Position numbers and translations under genes: made by a program. The notes under the pieces are model-generated. The model saw only the letters and a program-made list of their open reading frames with translations. It had not been told where the DNA came from and did no database searches. A stretch of 56,916 nt of DNA from an uncultured Bdellovibrionales bacterium (GTDB lineage: Bacteria; Patescibacteriota; Minisyncoccia; Moranbacterales; UBA9337). Positions 26,765-36,150 of the stretch are shown one piece after another. The stretch's first letter is position 1; each line of letters opens with the position of its first letter. The DNA lies in assembly GCA_964605525.1 (NCBI GenBank), contig CAZSCV010000007.1:1-56916 (forward strand), read 5' to 3'.

Positions 26765-27274
26765 TTAGTCATCCTTTTTGTATCTGTAGGTATAAGGATC
26801 ATCTCCCATAAATACAGGAATCCATGTTTTATGAGAGAAGAATAGAATAATTTCCTCTACATAACAATATTCGTCTTGGATATTGTTATATCCGAGGTAG
26901 ATTCTTGTGGGAGATTTTTCTGATTCCTCTATTTTGACGGAGAATATATATTCCCCGTCAGCTTCTTTGAATATGGCGATGTTTTCTCTGATGAAAAAAT
27001 CTTGATTTTTTTCGTCTTTTTTGCGAAAGAAACCGATCGGTTTCTTCGTTTTGTCGCTAAATTTCACGAGGAAATTTATGACATTCGGGTCACCATTTTC
27101 CTCTGATTGAATCTGAGTGATTGTCCATTCACTTTCCTCGGTTTCAAGTGTCGGGTCGAACGTTAACCTGCCATCATCCAACGAAGCTTCGTTGACGTAT
27201 GCGTACACAGAGTTTGTAGAAAAAAAAGATGCAATTAAGAAAAAAAATAAAATGATCAAGGAGTGCTTTTTCAT
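26765..27274 (-). CDS. secreted hypothetical protein (169 aa)
   Basis: Signal peptide MKKHSLIILFFFLIASFFSTNSVYA; SD-like AAAGAGG; hairpin terminator near 26700-26745. Confidence 0.7.
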   Translation of the reverse strand: MKKHSLIILFFFLIASFFSTNSVYAYVNEASLDDGRLTFDPTLETEESEWTITQIQSEENGDPNVINFLVKFSDKTKKPIGFFRKKDEKNQDFFIRENIAIFKEADGEYIFSVKIEESEKSPTRIYLGYNNIQDEYCYVEEIILFFSHKTWIPVFMGDDPYTYRYKKDD

Positions 27275-27445
27275 CAGAGTGCCTCTTTAAGTTAAAGTAC
27301 TTTTTAAAAATGCCGGCCAATCCAGCAATAGACGCTATACTATCAGTGTTTTTATAATAAATCAATAGCCCATGGTAATGTTCATATATATATGGATGGT
27401 CTTATTTGCAAACAAAAACCACCCGAAAGGTAGTTTTTGTTTGGA

Positions 27446-27520
27446 TGTTGGAGTGGTAGGATTCCTGCCTCTCCAGTGGGTCGCCGATGAGATCGACCTG
27501 CCTCCTCGGCGGGTCTATGA
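27446..27520 (-). other. GC-rich three-hairpin element downstream of tRNA-Gln ending in a near-copy of the tRNA 3' end
   Basis: 27446-27464 matches 27531-27549 at 17/19; hairpins ggtagg/cctgcc, ggtcg/cgacc, cctgcc/ggcggg. Confidence 0.5.
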
Positions 27521-27532
27521 TTCTTTTCAATG

Positions 27533-27604
27533 TTGGGGCGGTAGGATTCGAACCTACGCGTGGGGGCTTCAAAGGCCCCTGCCTTACCGCTTGGCTACGC
27601 CCCA
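27533..27604 (-). tRNA. tRNA-Gln(TTG)
   Basis: TGGGGCGTAGCCAAGCGGTAAGGCA-GGGGC CT TTG AA GCCCC-CACGCGTAGGTTCGAATCCTACCGCCCCAA. Confidence 0.95.
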
Positions 27605-27618
27605 AATATGTTTTAAAT

Positions 27619-29322
27619 TTATTGCTCTTCCACAATCGTCCCTCCAAACATTTGAGCGGCGTCTTGAAGTAGGGAGGCGGTTTCACTGGGCTTTGACTCC
27701 TGAGATGCTCCCAGGTGATTATTTTTCTTGGCAATCTTCACTCCTGCCTCTTCTTCAGTGGCAATATCAATCCGGCAATCAGCCTCTAGGATTTTATCGA
27801 AAACTTGCTTGATTGTCAATCTATTCTGCGGTTCATTGAATTTTTCTTTGTAAAAAGGAAAAGCAGTGGCAATTACAATTGTATTGCCGTCAATCCTAAC
27901 CGGTTCGCAATTGGAAAGAAAAGCCGAAAGAGAATGGTTGAACTTTTTCATTTCCAGAAGAAACTGACCCCAGGCGGTTTTCACTTGAGCTAAGCTTATG
28001 GGGTTGCAATTTGAATTTGCAGTCTGATTGGATTTTTCCTCGATTTGAGTTGGAGAAGATTGCGATTGCGCGTCGATTTTTGAAGGAGCAGGCTGTTTTT
28101 CTTCAGTGTAAGCGGACGGAGAAGTTCTTGTTGTTTTTGCGGATTGGATTTTTTTTTCCGGCAAAATAGGGGGATTTGCAACTTCTTCTTTTTGTGTATC
28201 TTCAATCTTTGGAGCGGAAAGGGAAGAGCTTCCGGTGTTTTTGGAGATTTTTATAAAGGCAATTTCCAGCGGAAGTTGAGGAAGGAAGGATGTGCGTATT
28301 TTGTTTTTCGCCTCGGAAAGAATTTCAACTGCCGAAACAATTCTTTCAAGTTCCGTTTTTTGGGCGAGGGAGGTTATTATTTCCGATTGTTCTTTTGTGA
28401 AGTTTTTGAGAATTTCCGGCATTTTGCAGTCAATAGAAAGAATCATCATTTGGCGAAGATAGTTGATAAGAGATTTTCCGAAAAATTCCAAGTCAAGCCC
28501 ATTTTTTGCTAGTTCGTTTAAGAGTAGCAGGGCTTCGGCTGTTTGGCGTTCAAAGAGTAATTCACTTATTTTTGCCACTTCCTTATGTGAAGTTGTTCCA
28601 AGAATTTCCTCAACCTCTTTAGTAGTGATATTTTTGTCTTCCAATGAGATAATTTGAGCCAAAAGAGATTCGGCGTCGCGCATTCCTCCTTCGGCGGAAA
28701 TTGCAATCATTTCCAGTGCCTCTTTTTCGATTTTCACTTTTTCATTTTTTGCGATAAAGGAAAGTTTGGAAATGATATCTTCCAACGAAAGTCGGGAAAA
28801 ATCAAAACGCTGGCAACGGGAAAGAATAGTTTCCGGAACCTTGTGAATTTCAGTTGTTGCCAATATGAAAACGGCGTGAGCGGGCGGTTCTTCCAATGTT
28901 TTCAGTAGGGCATTGAATGCGCCGGACGAAAGCATGTGAACCTCGTCGATTATATAAACCTTATATTTTCCGATGGATGGAGGAAGTTTGACGGTTTCTC
29001 GCAGTTCTCTGATATTTTCCACTCCGGTATTGGAAGCGGCATCGATTTCAATGATATCCATTGCGGTGCCTTCTGAAATGAGCTGACAAGATTGGCATTT
29101 TTCACAAGGTTCAAAATCCTTTCGATCAGCACAACTGATGGCTTTGGCGAAAATTCTAGCCAGAGTCGTTTTTCCGGTTCCGCGCGGTCCGGTGAAAAGA
29201 TAAGCATGACCAATATGCTCATTGGCAATAGCTCCGGAGAGAGTTTTGACGATATGTTGTTGTCCGATAATATCGGAAAATTTCTGTGGCCGGTATTTTC
29301 GGTATAATGTTTTTGAAATCAT
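27619..29322 (-). CDS. dnaX: DNA polymerase III subunit gamma/tau
   Basis: LYRKYRPQKF, GPRGTGKTT, Zn module C..EPCEKC..C, EIDAAS, IIDEVHML, SRC. Confidence 0.97.
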   Translation of the reverse strand: MISKTLYRKYRPQKFSDIIGQQHIVKTLSGAIANEHIGHAYLFTGPRGTGKTTLARIFAKAISCADRKDFEPCEKCQSCQLISEGTAMDIIEIDAASNTGVENIRELRETVKLPPSIGKYKVYIIDEVHMLSSGAFNALLKTLEEPPAHAVFILATTEIHKVPETILSRCQRFDFSRLSLEDIISKLSFIAKNEKVKIEKEALEMIAISAEGGMRDAESLLAQIISLEDKNITTKEVEEILGTTSHKEVAKISELLFERQTAEALLLLNELAKNGLDLEFFGKSLINYLRQMMILSIDCKMPEILKNFTKEQSEIITSLAQKTELERIVSAVEILSEAKNKIRTSFLPQLPLEIAFIKISKNTGSSSLSAPKIEDTQKEEVANPPILPEKKIQSAKTTRTSPSAYTEEKQPAPSKIDAQSQSSPTQIEEKSNQTANSNCNPISLAQVKTAWGQFLLEMKKFNHSLSAFLSNCEPVRIDGNTIVIATAFPFYKEKFNEPQNRLTIKQVFDKILEADCRIDIATEEEAGVKIAKKNNHLGASQESKPSETASLLQDAAQMFGGTIVEEQ

Positions 29323-29432
29323 AATTCTTTATATGTCTTATATGTCCCATAGGGCTTATAGTATCTTAGCATTTTTCCGGTAAAATAAAAACCCCGCTTT
29401 ATAGGGCGGGGAATTATTTATTATAAGGCTGT

Positions 29433-29891
29433 TTATTTTTTGAAAACCCAGAATTTGTAGCCGACAAAATTCCAAAACAAACCGACAGCAGTTCCGGCAA
29501 GTCCCCCGAGGCTCACCCATATTTGGTCAGTTAAGAAACTGAAATTAAGCAGATCGTTGATAGGAGCTTTGAGATAAGTTACGGTTATGGTCGCGACGGA
29601 AACATTGATAATCATTCCAATTACGCTAATGGATAGAAATTGAGAGAATTTCTTCCCCTCATCTTTCTTGGAAGCGTCTTTGAATGCCCAATGTTTGTTG
29701 AGAAAATAACTGAAGGTTACGGCTACCAAGAATGATAATCCTTTCTGGATTCCATATCCAGCGCCTTCTTTTATTCCGGTAGAAATAGTTTCAATGTTTA
29801 AAATAACCAAATCCACTCCGGTATTCATAACGCCAATTGCAGCAAAGCGCAAAAATTGTCCGAATGATTTCTTAACAGCTTGGTTGTCCAT
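29433..29891 (-). CDS. GtrA-family membrane protein
   Basis: QFLRFAAIG, SYFLNKHWAF, WNFVGYKFWVFK; four TM helices. Confidence 0.88.
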   Translation of the reverse strand: MDNQAVKKSFGQFLRFAAIGVMNTGVDLVILNIETISTGIKEGAGYGIQKGLSFLVAVTFSYFLNKHWAFKDASKKDEGKKFSQFLSISVIGMIINVSVATITVTYLKAPINDLLNFSFLTDQIWVSLGGLAGTAVGLFWNFVGYKFWVFKK

Positions 29892-29929
29892 TTTTTTATG
29901 ATTTTATGTTTATAATTTTACGGAATTTG

Positions 29930-30715
29930 TTAAATCCTTTCGGTTTCAACTTTTTCTTTTTCAATTTCTTTTTTTATTTCTTCAATATCCAGCGCCCATT
30001 CATCCATAGACGAATCTTTGCTTGACTCGACATTCTGGTCGCTTTCTTTTTCCTCTGCGATTTCTTCCAATGATTCGACTTGTTTTGTTTCTTCTTTTTC
30101 TATTTCCTCAGCATTATTGATAGGTTTGTGAAAAATCGGTTCCCCAGCAGATCCTTTTTGGAGAACGTTTTCGATTGCCGCCCATTCGCTATTGATGCTT
30201 CTTGGCACGACAATTACAACCTCGTCTCCTGGTTCGATTTTGAAATAGGTAATAGAAGCCAGAAGAATCCGGTAAGGCTTTCCTTCGGCGATGACGAAAT
30301 AATTTTCATTTTCATCTTGTCCGATAACACCGATGATATTTTTTCTTTCAGCCGGACCGATTTGCTTGTATATGAAAGAGCCGTCAGAAGAGATTGTGAG
30401 CTTGAGCATATCTCCTTCAACGAGTTTTGATTTTGACGCATAATTTGCCGGAACGGGATATTGTTTTCCATCCGTTCCTACCATTATTTGACCATCAAAC
30501 GTTCCCTGGATTATGTTTGATTCCGCATATTCTTCGTCAACTTTTCTTCTTCGTCCTGCTTTCTTTTTTCCTTCCAAATTCAAAAGCATGGCTTTGGCGC
30601 TCTGGATGGTTTTTTCGGCACTATTGATTGTGTCGCGCAATGCTTCAATTTGACGAATTTTGTCGTCCTCGGTCAAATCAGCCGCGGTTTTCATTTTTTT
30701 ATTTTCATTTTTCAT
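29930..30715 (-). CDS. conserved hypothetical protein (coiled coil + OB-like repeat + acidic tail)
   Basis: Long ORF with GTFDGQIMVG.DGKQYPVPANYASKSKLVEGD block; start uncertain (30742/30715/30694). Confidence 0.8.
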   Translation of the reverse strand: MKNENKKMKTAADLTEDDKIRQIEALRDTINSAEKTIQSAKAMLLNLEGKKKAGRRRKVDEEYAESNIIQGTFDGQIMVGTDGKQYPVPANYASKSKLVEGDMLKLTISSDGSFIYKQIGPAERKNIIGVIGQDENENYFVIAEGKPYRILLASITYFKIEPGDEVVIVVPRSINSEWAAIENVLQKGSAGEPIFHKPINNAEEIEKEETKQVESLEEIAEEKESDQNVESSKDSSMDEWALDIEEIKKEIEKEKVETERI

Positions 30716-30941
30716 TTTTATTTTTAAACTAGTAGAATCCAAAAAAGGAAATTAACCCCCCTGAATTTACCGTTTTTGTCTTTAATAAAATTATATAATA
30801 TTTTGCAAAATCAGGCAAACATTATTCTGATTTTCGTGCTATAATTAACCCGATATGTTTTATATACGCTATTTTTGACCGGACAATTTCATTATTGTTT
30901 GAACGTATAAGTTTCCAAAATAATAAACAGAAAAATAAATT

Positions 30942-32138
30942 ATGAATTTCAAATTGAAGAAAAGATATTTTGACGGAAATATAAAGAGCGGATTTGTCGC
31001 GCTGTACAGCAGTAAATCGATAATCAGAATTGCCGGAGGATTATTCGGAATTTTTTTGCCGATTTTTTTGTATGGAATTTTTGAAAATAATTTTTCCAAA
31101 GTGGCTTGGTACTACATTGCCAGTGATTTTTTTTACATTATTCTTATTCCGCTCGGGGCGATTTTTCTCAATCGGTTGGGGTTTCGCCGGGCGCTCAGGA
31201 TCAGTGTTTTTTTTGGAGCCTTTTTTTATGGGACATTTTATTTTGCCAGTGTGAAAAATGCTTTGTTAATTTCCGTTATCTCTCTGACGTTTCTTGTTTT
31301 ATGGAGAATTACCCATTGGATTCCGTACCATGTTGATTTTGCTAAGTTTACCGACAAAAAAAATCGGGGAAGAGAGGTTGGGTTGTTGGAGGCAACTACT
31401 GATGTTATTGGAGTAATAACTCCTTTTGCGGCGGGATTGATAATTTCTCGGGCTGGCTTCGGTACGCTTTTTTTAATTGCCGTTGCAATATATTTGGCTT
31501 CTTATATTCCTCTTTTAACAATTCCAAAAACCAGAGAAAAATTCAGCTGGAAATATTTCCAAACTTGGAAAGAATTTTTTTCTCGCCAGCGAAGGGCGAA
31601 TATTTTGGCGTATATGGCAGATGGAGCGGAAAATACTGTGGGAGCAGTTGTGTGGCCGATTTTTATTTTTGAACTTTTGAAAGGAAATTATGCGGAGGTT
31701 GGTTTTATTTCGGCTTTAATAACGGGAACTACGATAATACTGCAGATTTTAATGGGAAAATATGTCGATGAAAAATTTTCCAAAAAGAAATTTATTCATT
31801 TTGGAAGCACCTTATATGCGCTTGGGTGGATTTTCAAAATTTTTGTTATCACATCATTTCAAATTTTTGTTATTGATGCTTACCATAAGTTGATGAAAAT
31901 TTTTCTTCGTGTTCCGTTTGATGCACTTACATATGAAATTGCCGCTGATGAGGGTCACTTCGTTGATGAATATACAGTGATCCATGAAATGGCACTCAGC
32001 TTTGGAAAAGTTGCGGCTATGCTTTTGATTATTCCAATTTCACTTTCAACGAATTTGAGTTCAACTTTTTTGATAGCCGCACTGGCTTCAATAGTTCTCA
32101 ATTTTTTGCGCGCCAAAAAAGTAGCGGAGGCGAGTTAG
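30942..32138 (+). CDS. MFS-type transporter
   Basis: About 12 hydrophobic segments; NRLGFRR and KYVDEKFSKK loop motifs. Confidence 0.85.
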   Translation: MNFKLKKRYFDGNIKSGFVALYSSKSIIRIAGGLFGIFLPIFLYGIFENNFSKVAWYYIASDFFYIILIPLGAIFLNRLGFRRALRISVFFGAFFYGTFYFASVKNALLISVISLTFLVLWRITHWIPYHVDFAKFTDKKNRGREVGLLEATTDVIGVITPFAAGLIISRAGFGTLFLIAVAIYLASYIPLLTIPKTREKFSWKYFQTWKEFFSRQRRANILAYMADGAENTVGAVVWPIFIFELLKGNYAEVGFISALITGTTIILQILMGKYVDEKFSKKKFIHFGSTLYALGWIFKIFVITSFQIFVIDAYHKLMKIFLRVPFDALTYEIAADEGHFVDEYTVIHEMALSFGKVAAMLLIIPISLSTNLSSTFLIAALASIVLNFLRAKKVAEAS

Positions 32139-32200
32139 TTTTTTGGAAATAGCCGGAGAATTATGGAAAGCGTTAATTTTTTTAATTTTTTATTTTAGGT

Positions 32201-32209
32201 TGTGGATAA
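32201..32209 (-). promoter_or_regulatory. DnaA box upstream of mraZ
   Basis: TGTGGATAA, the reverse complement of consensus TTATCCACA. Confidence 0.45.
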
Positions 32210-32258
32210 GTTTTTAAAACCGCTTGTTATGGCGGTTTTTTTGTTTGGTAAAAAAGTG

Positions 32259-32320
32259 TTGACGCTTGGATAGCAGTGGAGTAAAATAGAGATAAGTGTT
32301 GCCGGGTGGAACAAAGTGGG
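32259..32320 (+). promoter_or_regulatory. mraZ promoter with MraZ-binding GTGG repeats
   Basis: TTGACG-N17-TAAAAT; GTGG at 32276, 32306, 32316 and GTGT at 32296, all on a 10-bp register. Confidence 0.7.
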
Positions 32321-32340
32321 TAATTCCTAATTTCTAGAAT

Positions 32341-32775
32341 ATGTTTATTGGAGAATACCAACATTCAATAGATCCGAAGAAAAGGCTGGCAGTGCCTTCT
32401 AAATTTCGCGGTGAGTTGGGAAACAAAGTTGTGGTAACTCGCGGGTTGGATAAATGTCTGTTTGTGTATCCGATGAAAGTTTGGGAAGATATTGCCGGAA
32501 AACTGGGAAATCTTCCAATGGGAGAATCCGGAACGCGAAGTTTTGTCCGTTTGATGCTTGCCGGAGCGATTGATGTGGAAATTGACAAACAAGGAAGAGT
32601 TTTGATTCCTGATTATTTGAAAGATTATGCCGGACTGGGAAAAAATGTGGTTATTGCTGGGCTTTTCAATCGTTTGGAGGTATGGGCGGAAAAAAATTGG
32701 AGCCAGTACAAGACCAAAGCGGAAAAAAATACGGATGAAATAGCGGAGCAGCTTGGGAAGCTGGGAATCTATTAG
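32341..32775 (+). CDS. mraZ: division/cell wall cluster transcriptional repressor MraZ
   Basis: MFIGEYQHSIDPKKRL, DKQGRVLIP, GLFNRLEVW. Confidence 0.97.
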   Translation: MFIGEYQHSIDPKKRLAVPSKFRGELGNKVVVTRGLDKCLFVYPMKVWEDIAGKLGNLPMGESGTRSFVRLMLAGAIDVEIDKQGRVLIPDYLKDYAGLGKNVVIAGLFNRLEVWAEKNWSQYKTKAEKNTDEIAEQLGKLGIY

Positions 32776-32779
32776 GATT

Positions 32780-32888
32780 AATTATCAATTTTAAATTTTC
32801 AAACAATTTTCAATAACTCAATGAGTTAATTTTAAAATTAAAAAATTGGATATTGTTTGAAAATTTAAAATTTGAAATTAGAAATTTA
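32780..32888. repeat. ~110-bp AT-rich palindromic element with heptamer arms (copy B)
   Basis: Perfect 15-bp IR aaattttcaaacaat (32793-32807) / attgtttgaaaattt (32852-32866); heptamers run up to the rsmH ATG. Confidence 0.75.
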
Positions 32889-33881
32889 ATGCAAAGTATT
32901 CACAAAACGGTATTACTGAAGGAAGCGGTAGAAAGCCTGAATTTGAAAAACGGAGATATTGTTATTGACGCGACTTTGGGCGGGGGCGGACATTCTCGCA
33001 AAATTATAGATAAAATTGGAGAAGCAGGAATTTTTGTAGGTTTTGATAGGGATATTAGTGCTTTGGAAAAATTTGCGGAATTTCCAATTTCCAATTTCCA
33101 ATTTCCAAATGATTTGCAAATACCGATTTTCAAGAAAGATAATATTTATTTGGTTGGTTGCAATTTTTCAGAAATAAAGAAAGTTTTAGAAATTTTAGAG
33201 ATAAAAAAAGTAGATGCGATTTTGGCGGATTTCGGACTTTCATCCGATCAACTGGATGATGCTAAAAGGGGGTTTAGTTTTCAATCCGGCGGTCCGCTGG
33301 ATATGCGGATGGGAAAATCGCCGAGAATGTTGAGCGACGAGGAGCTTACGGCGGAATATGTAGTCAATGATTACCCCGAGGCAAGTTTGGAAAGAATATT
33401 TCGCGTTTTCGGAGAAGAGCATTTTGCAAAAAGAATAGCAAGAAAAATTGTCGAAAAAAGGAGTGAAGGAAGAATAAAAACAACAACGGAATTAGTCGGC
33501 ATTATTTCCAGTGCTGTGCCGGAAAAATTCAAACATCGGAAAGTTCATTTCGCCACCAGGACATTTCAAGCATTGCGAATAGAAGTGAACAAAGAATTGG
33601 AAAGTATTGAAAAATTTTTGGCGAATTCAATAGATATTTTAAAAAAAGAGGGAAGATTGGCAGTAATTTCGTTTCATTCAGGCGAAGACCGGATCGCGAA
33701 AAATATCTTTCGGGAAAATGCAAGGGGATGCATTTGCCCAAAGGAATTTCCGGTTTGCCGTTGCGATAACGAGCCGCGGGTGAAAATAATCACTCGAAAG
33801 CCAGTTGCTCCATCGGAAGAAGAAGTAAGCGTTAATGCGCGTTCCCGCAGCGCTAGAATGCGGGTAGTGGAAAAAATATAA
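32889..33881 (+). CDS. rsmH: 16S rRNA m4C1402 methyltransferase
   Basis: HKTVLLKE, DATLGGGGHS, DFGLSS.QLD, PLDMRM, TFQALRIEVN, ISFHSGED, SRSARMR; start at ATG 32889. Confidence 0.97.
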   Translation: MQSIHKTVLLKEAVESLNLKNGDIVIDATLGGGGHSRKIIDKIGEAGIFVGFDRDISALEKFAEFPISNFQFPNDLQIPIFKKDNIYLVGCNFSEIKKVLEILEIKKVDAILADFGLSSDQLDDAKRGFSFQSGGPLDMRMGKSPRMLSDEELTAEYVVNDYPEASLERIFRVFGEEHFAKRIARKIVEKRSEGRIKTTTELVGIISSAVPEKFKHRKVHFATRTFQALRIEVNKELESIEKFLANSIDILKKEGRLAVISFHSGEDRIAKNIFRENARGCICPKEFPVCRCDNEPRVKIITRKPVAPSEEEVSVNARSRSARMRVVEKI

Positions 33882-33908
33882 AATATTCTTTGGGGGGACA
33901 CAAGGAAT

Positions 33909-34304
33909 ATGGAAAATAAAAATAAAAAAATCATCAATCGAGACGGACGTTGCTACCGCAGACAGCCGGTGTTTTCACGTACAGAAAACTCTTTCTCGGA
34001 AAAAAAAGTAAGCGTTAGTTTTGGGTTTATTAATATTAAAGTCATTTTAATTTTTTTGCTGGCGGCGACCGGATGCGTTTATCTTTCTTTTGTTAATGGA
34101 AGTGCGGTAAAGGGTTATCAGATAAAATCTATTGAAAAAGAGATTAGTGATTTGCAAAAAGAAAACGAAAGATTGAAAATTAACGAGGCTGAACTGAATT
34201 CTTTGCAACATATTGAAGAGGAAAGTAAAAATCTTATTAATATGTCGGAATCAAGCCAGCAATTAGTATATATCGAAGAATCAGGACCGGTAGCTTTGAA
34301 ATAG
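33909..34304 (+). CDS. FtsL-like cell division protein
   Basis: Single TM followed by a coiled coil; lies between rsmH and the PBP gene. Confidence 0.75.
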   Translation: MENKNKKIINRDGRCYRRQPVFSRTENSFSEKKVSVSFGFINIKVILIFLLAATGCVYLSFVNGSAVKGYQIKSIEKEISDLQKENERLKINEAELNSLQHIEEESKNLINMSESSQQLVYIEESGPVALK

Positions 34305-34362
34305 CTTGCTTGCTTCTATTGATAAAAATTTGAAGAAGAATCAGAAATAGAAATATGAATTT

Positions 34363-36150
34363 ATGAATGGACGGACGGTAAAAAACCCGGCAAGTAAATC
34401 GCACTCTTCAGAAATGTGGAGGATTTATATTTTGACTGTTGTGATATTCTTGGTTTCCGGAATTATCATCGCTCGTCTTTATTGTTTGCAGGTTTTAGCT
34501 TATGAAAATTATTCTGAAATTGCCCAGGGTCAGCATCAAATATTCAAAGAGTTGATTCCTGATAGGGGAGAAATTTTTCTCAAGGATAAAAATGAAAAAA
34601 GATATCCACTGGCGATCAATCGAGATTATCCAATGGTGTATGCTGTTCCGCGGGAAATAAGCGACCGTGAAAAAGTCGCTTATGCGCTTTCATCTATTCT
34701 TAATATGGACGCGGATATGTTGCGGCAAAAGATTTCAGATCCAAATGATGTTTTTGAAATTATAAAACACCGGCTTTCGGATGATGAGGCTTCGAAAGTA
34801 AGAGAGTTTAATGCTGATGGAATAAAACTTATCGATGAAAGTTTTCGCTATTATTTGGGAGGAGAGTTGGCTTCCCAAGTCATTGGTTTCGTTGGAAATG
34901 ATGGAGAAACATATAGGGGGAGATATGGCGTAGAAGCATCATGGGAAAACGAATTAAAGGGTATGCCCGGCTCGCTTAATCAAGAAAGAGATGCTGCCGG
35001 AAGATGGATTTCAATTGCGGATCGCGATTTGAAACCGGCTAATCATGGAGTTGATTTGGTTTTGACGATTGATTATACCGTACAATATGAAGTGGAAAAG
35101 ATTTTGCGCCAAGTAATGGAGAAGCATGGAGCGGATGATGGAGCAATATTGGTGATGGAGCCAAAAACAGGAAAGATTTTGGCTATGGCAGGTTGGCCGA
35201 CTTTCAATCCGAATGAATATTCGGGCGTGGAGGATATGTCAAGATTTATCAATTCTTCTATAAGCACTTCTTATGAGCCGGGATCTATTTTCAAACCGAT
35301 AACTATGGCAATCGGCATTGATGACGGAAAGATTGAGCCAGAGACGGAATATGTGGACACGGGGTTTGTCAAAGAGGCGGGATATGTGATTAAAAATTCC
35401 GAAGAAAAAGTTTATGGAAAAAGTACGATGAATAATGTTCTGGAAAATTCAATCAATACCGGAGTTATTTTTGTGGAAAAATTAGTGGGAAATAAAAATT
35501 TCTCCCAATATGTGAGCCGTTTCGGATTTGGAGAATTGAGCGGAATAGAATTGCCGGGTGAATCTGCGGGAAATTTGGCAAATCTCAAAGCTGTTAACAG
35601 GGATATTCAATTTTTCACTGCATCATTCGGGCAAGGAATTACCACTACGCCACTGCAAATGGTGAATGCCTTTTCTGTTATCGCCAATGGCGGGGTTTTG
35701 ATGAAACCTCAAATAGTGGATAAAGTAATTTATGCGGATGGAAAGGAAGAAGATGTAAGACCGCAAGAAATCCGAAGAGTAATCGGAGAAGATACGGCAA
35801 AAAAAGTTTCCGATATGTTGCGAAGCGTAGTAGTAAATGGTCATGGAAAAAGGGCTGACGTTCCTGGATATTTAGTAGGAGGAAAAACCGGAACAGCTCA
35901 GGTGGCGAAAAAGGGTTCGCAGGGATATGAAGATTCGATTACGATTGGGTCTTTTGCCGGGTTTGCTCCCATAGACAATCCGATGTTTACGGTTTTGGTG
36001 AAAATATCCAATCCAAAAGATGTGCAATGGGCCGAATCCAGTGCGGCTCCGGCATTTGGCGAAATAATGAAATTTCTGCTAGAGTATTATGATGTTAAGC
36101 CGACAGAGATTATTGACGATAAACAGACATTGCCTCCGTCGGAATTATGA
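34363..36150 (+). CDS. ftsI: class B penicillin-binding protein (FtsI/PBP2-like)
   Basis: PDRGEI, YEPGSIFK (SxxK), SIN, KTGTAQ; dcw position. Confidence 0.9.
   Translation: MNGRTVKNPASKSHSSEMWRIYILTVVIFLVSGIIIARLYCLQVLAYENYSEIAQGQHQIFKELIPDRGEIFLKDKNEKRYPLAINRDYPMVYAVPREISDREKVAYALSSILNMDADMLRQKISDPNDVFEIIKHRLSDDEASKVREFNADGIKLIDESFRYYLGGELASQVIGFVGNDGETYRGRYGVEASWENELKGMPGSLNQERDAAGRWISIADRDLKPANHGVDLVLTIDYTVQYEVEKILRQVMEKHGADDGAILVMEPKTGKILAMAGWPTFNPNEYSGVEDMSRFINSSISTSYEPGSIFKPITMAIGIDDGKIEPETEYVDTGFVKEAGYVIKNSEEKVYGKSTMNNVLENSINTGVIFVEKLVGNKNFSQYVSRFGFGELSGIELPGESAGNLANLKAVNRDIQFFTASFGQGITTTPLQMVNAFSVIANGGVLMKPQIVDKVIYADGKEEDVRPQEIRRVIGEDTAKKVSDMLRSVVVNGHGKRADVPGYLVGGKTGTAQVAKKGSQGYEDSITIGSFAGFAPIDNPMFTVLVKISNPKDVQWAESSAAPAFGEIMKFLLEYYDVKPTEIIDDKQTLPPSEL

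Noticed and set aside
27372-27812. 146-aa + strand ORF and 110-aa - strand ORF (27402-27734)
   Set aside because: They overlap tRNA-Gln and the dnaX 3' end; shadow ORFs of GC-rich RNA sequence
29323-29432. SRP RNA upstream of dnaX (Firmicutes-type synteny)
   Set aside because: No SRP helix-8 motif; the region holds only 9-mer repeats and a terminator hairpin
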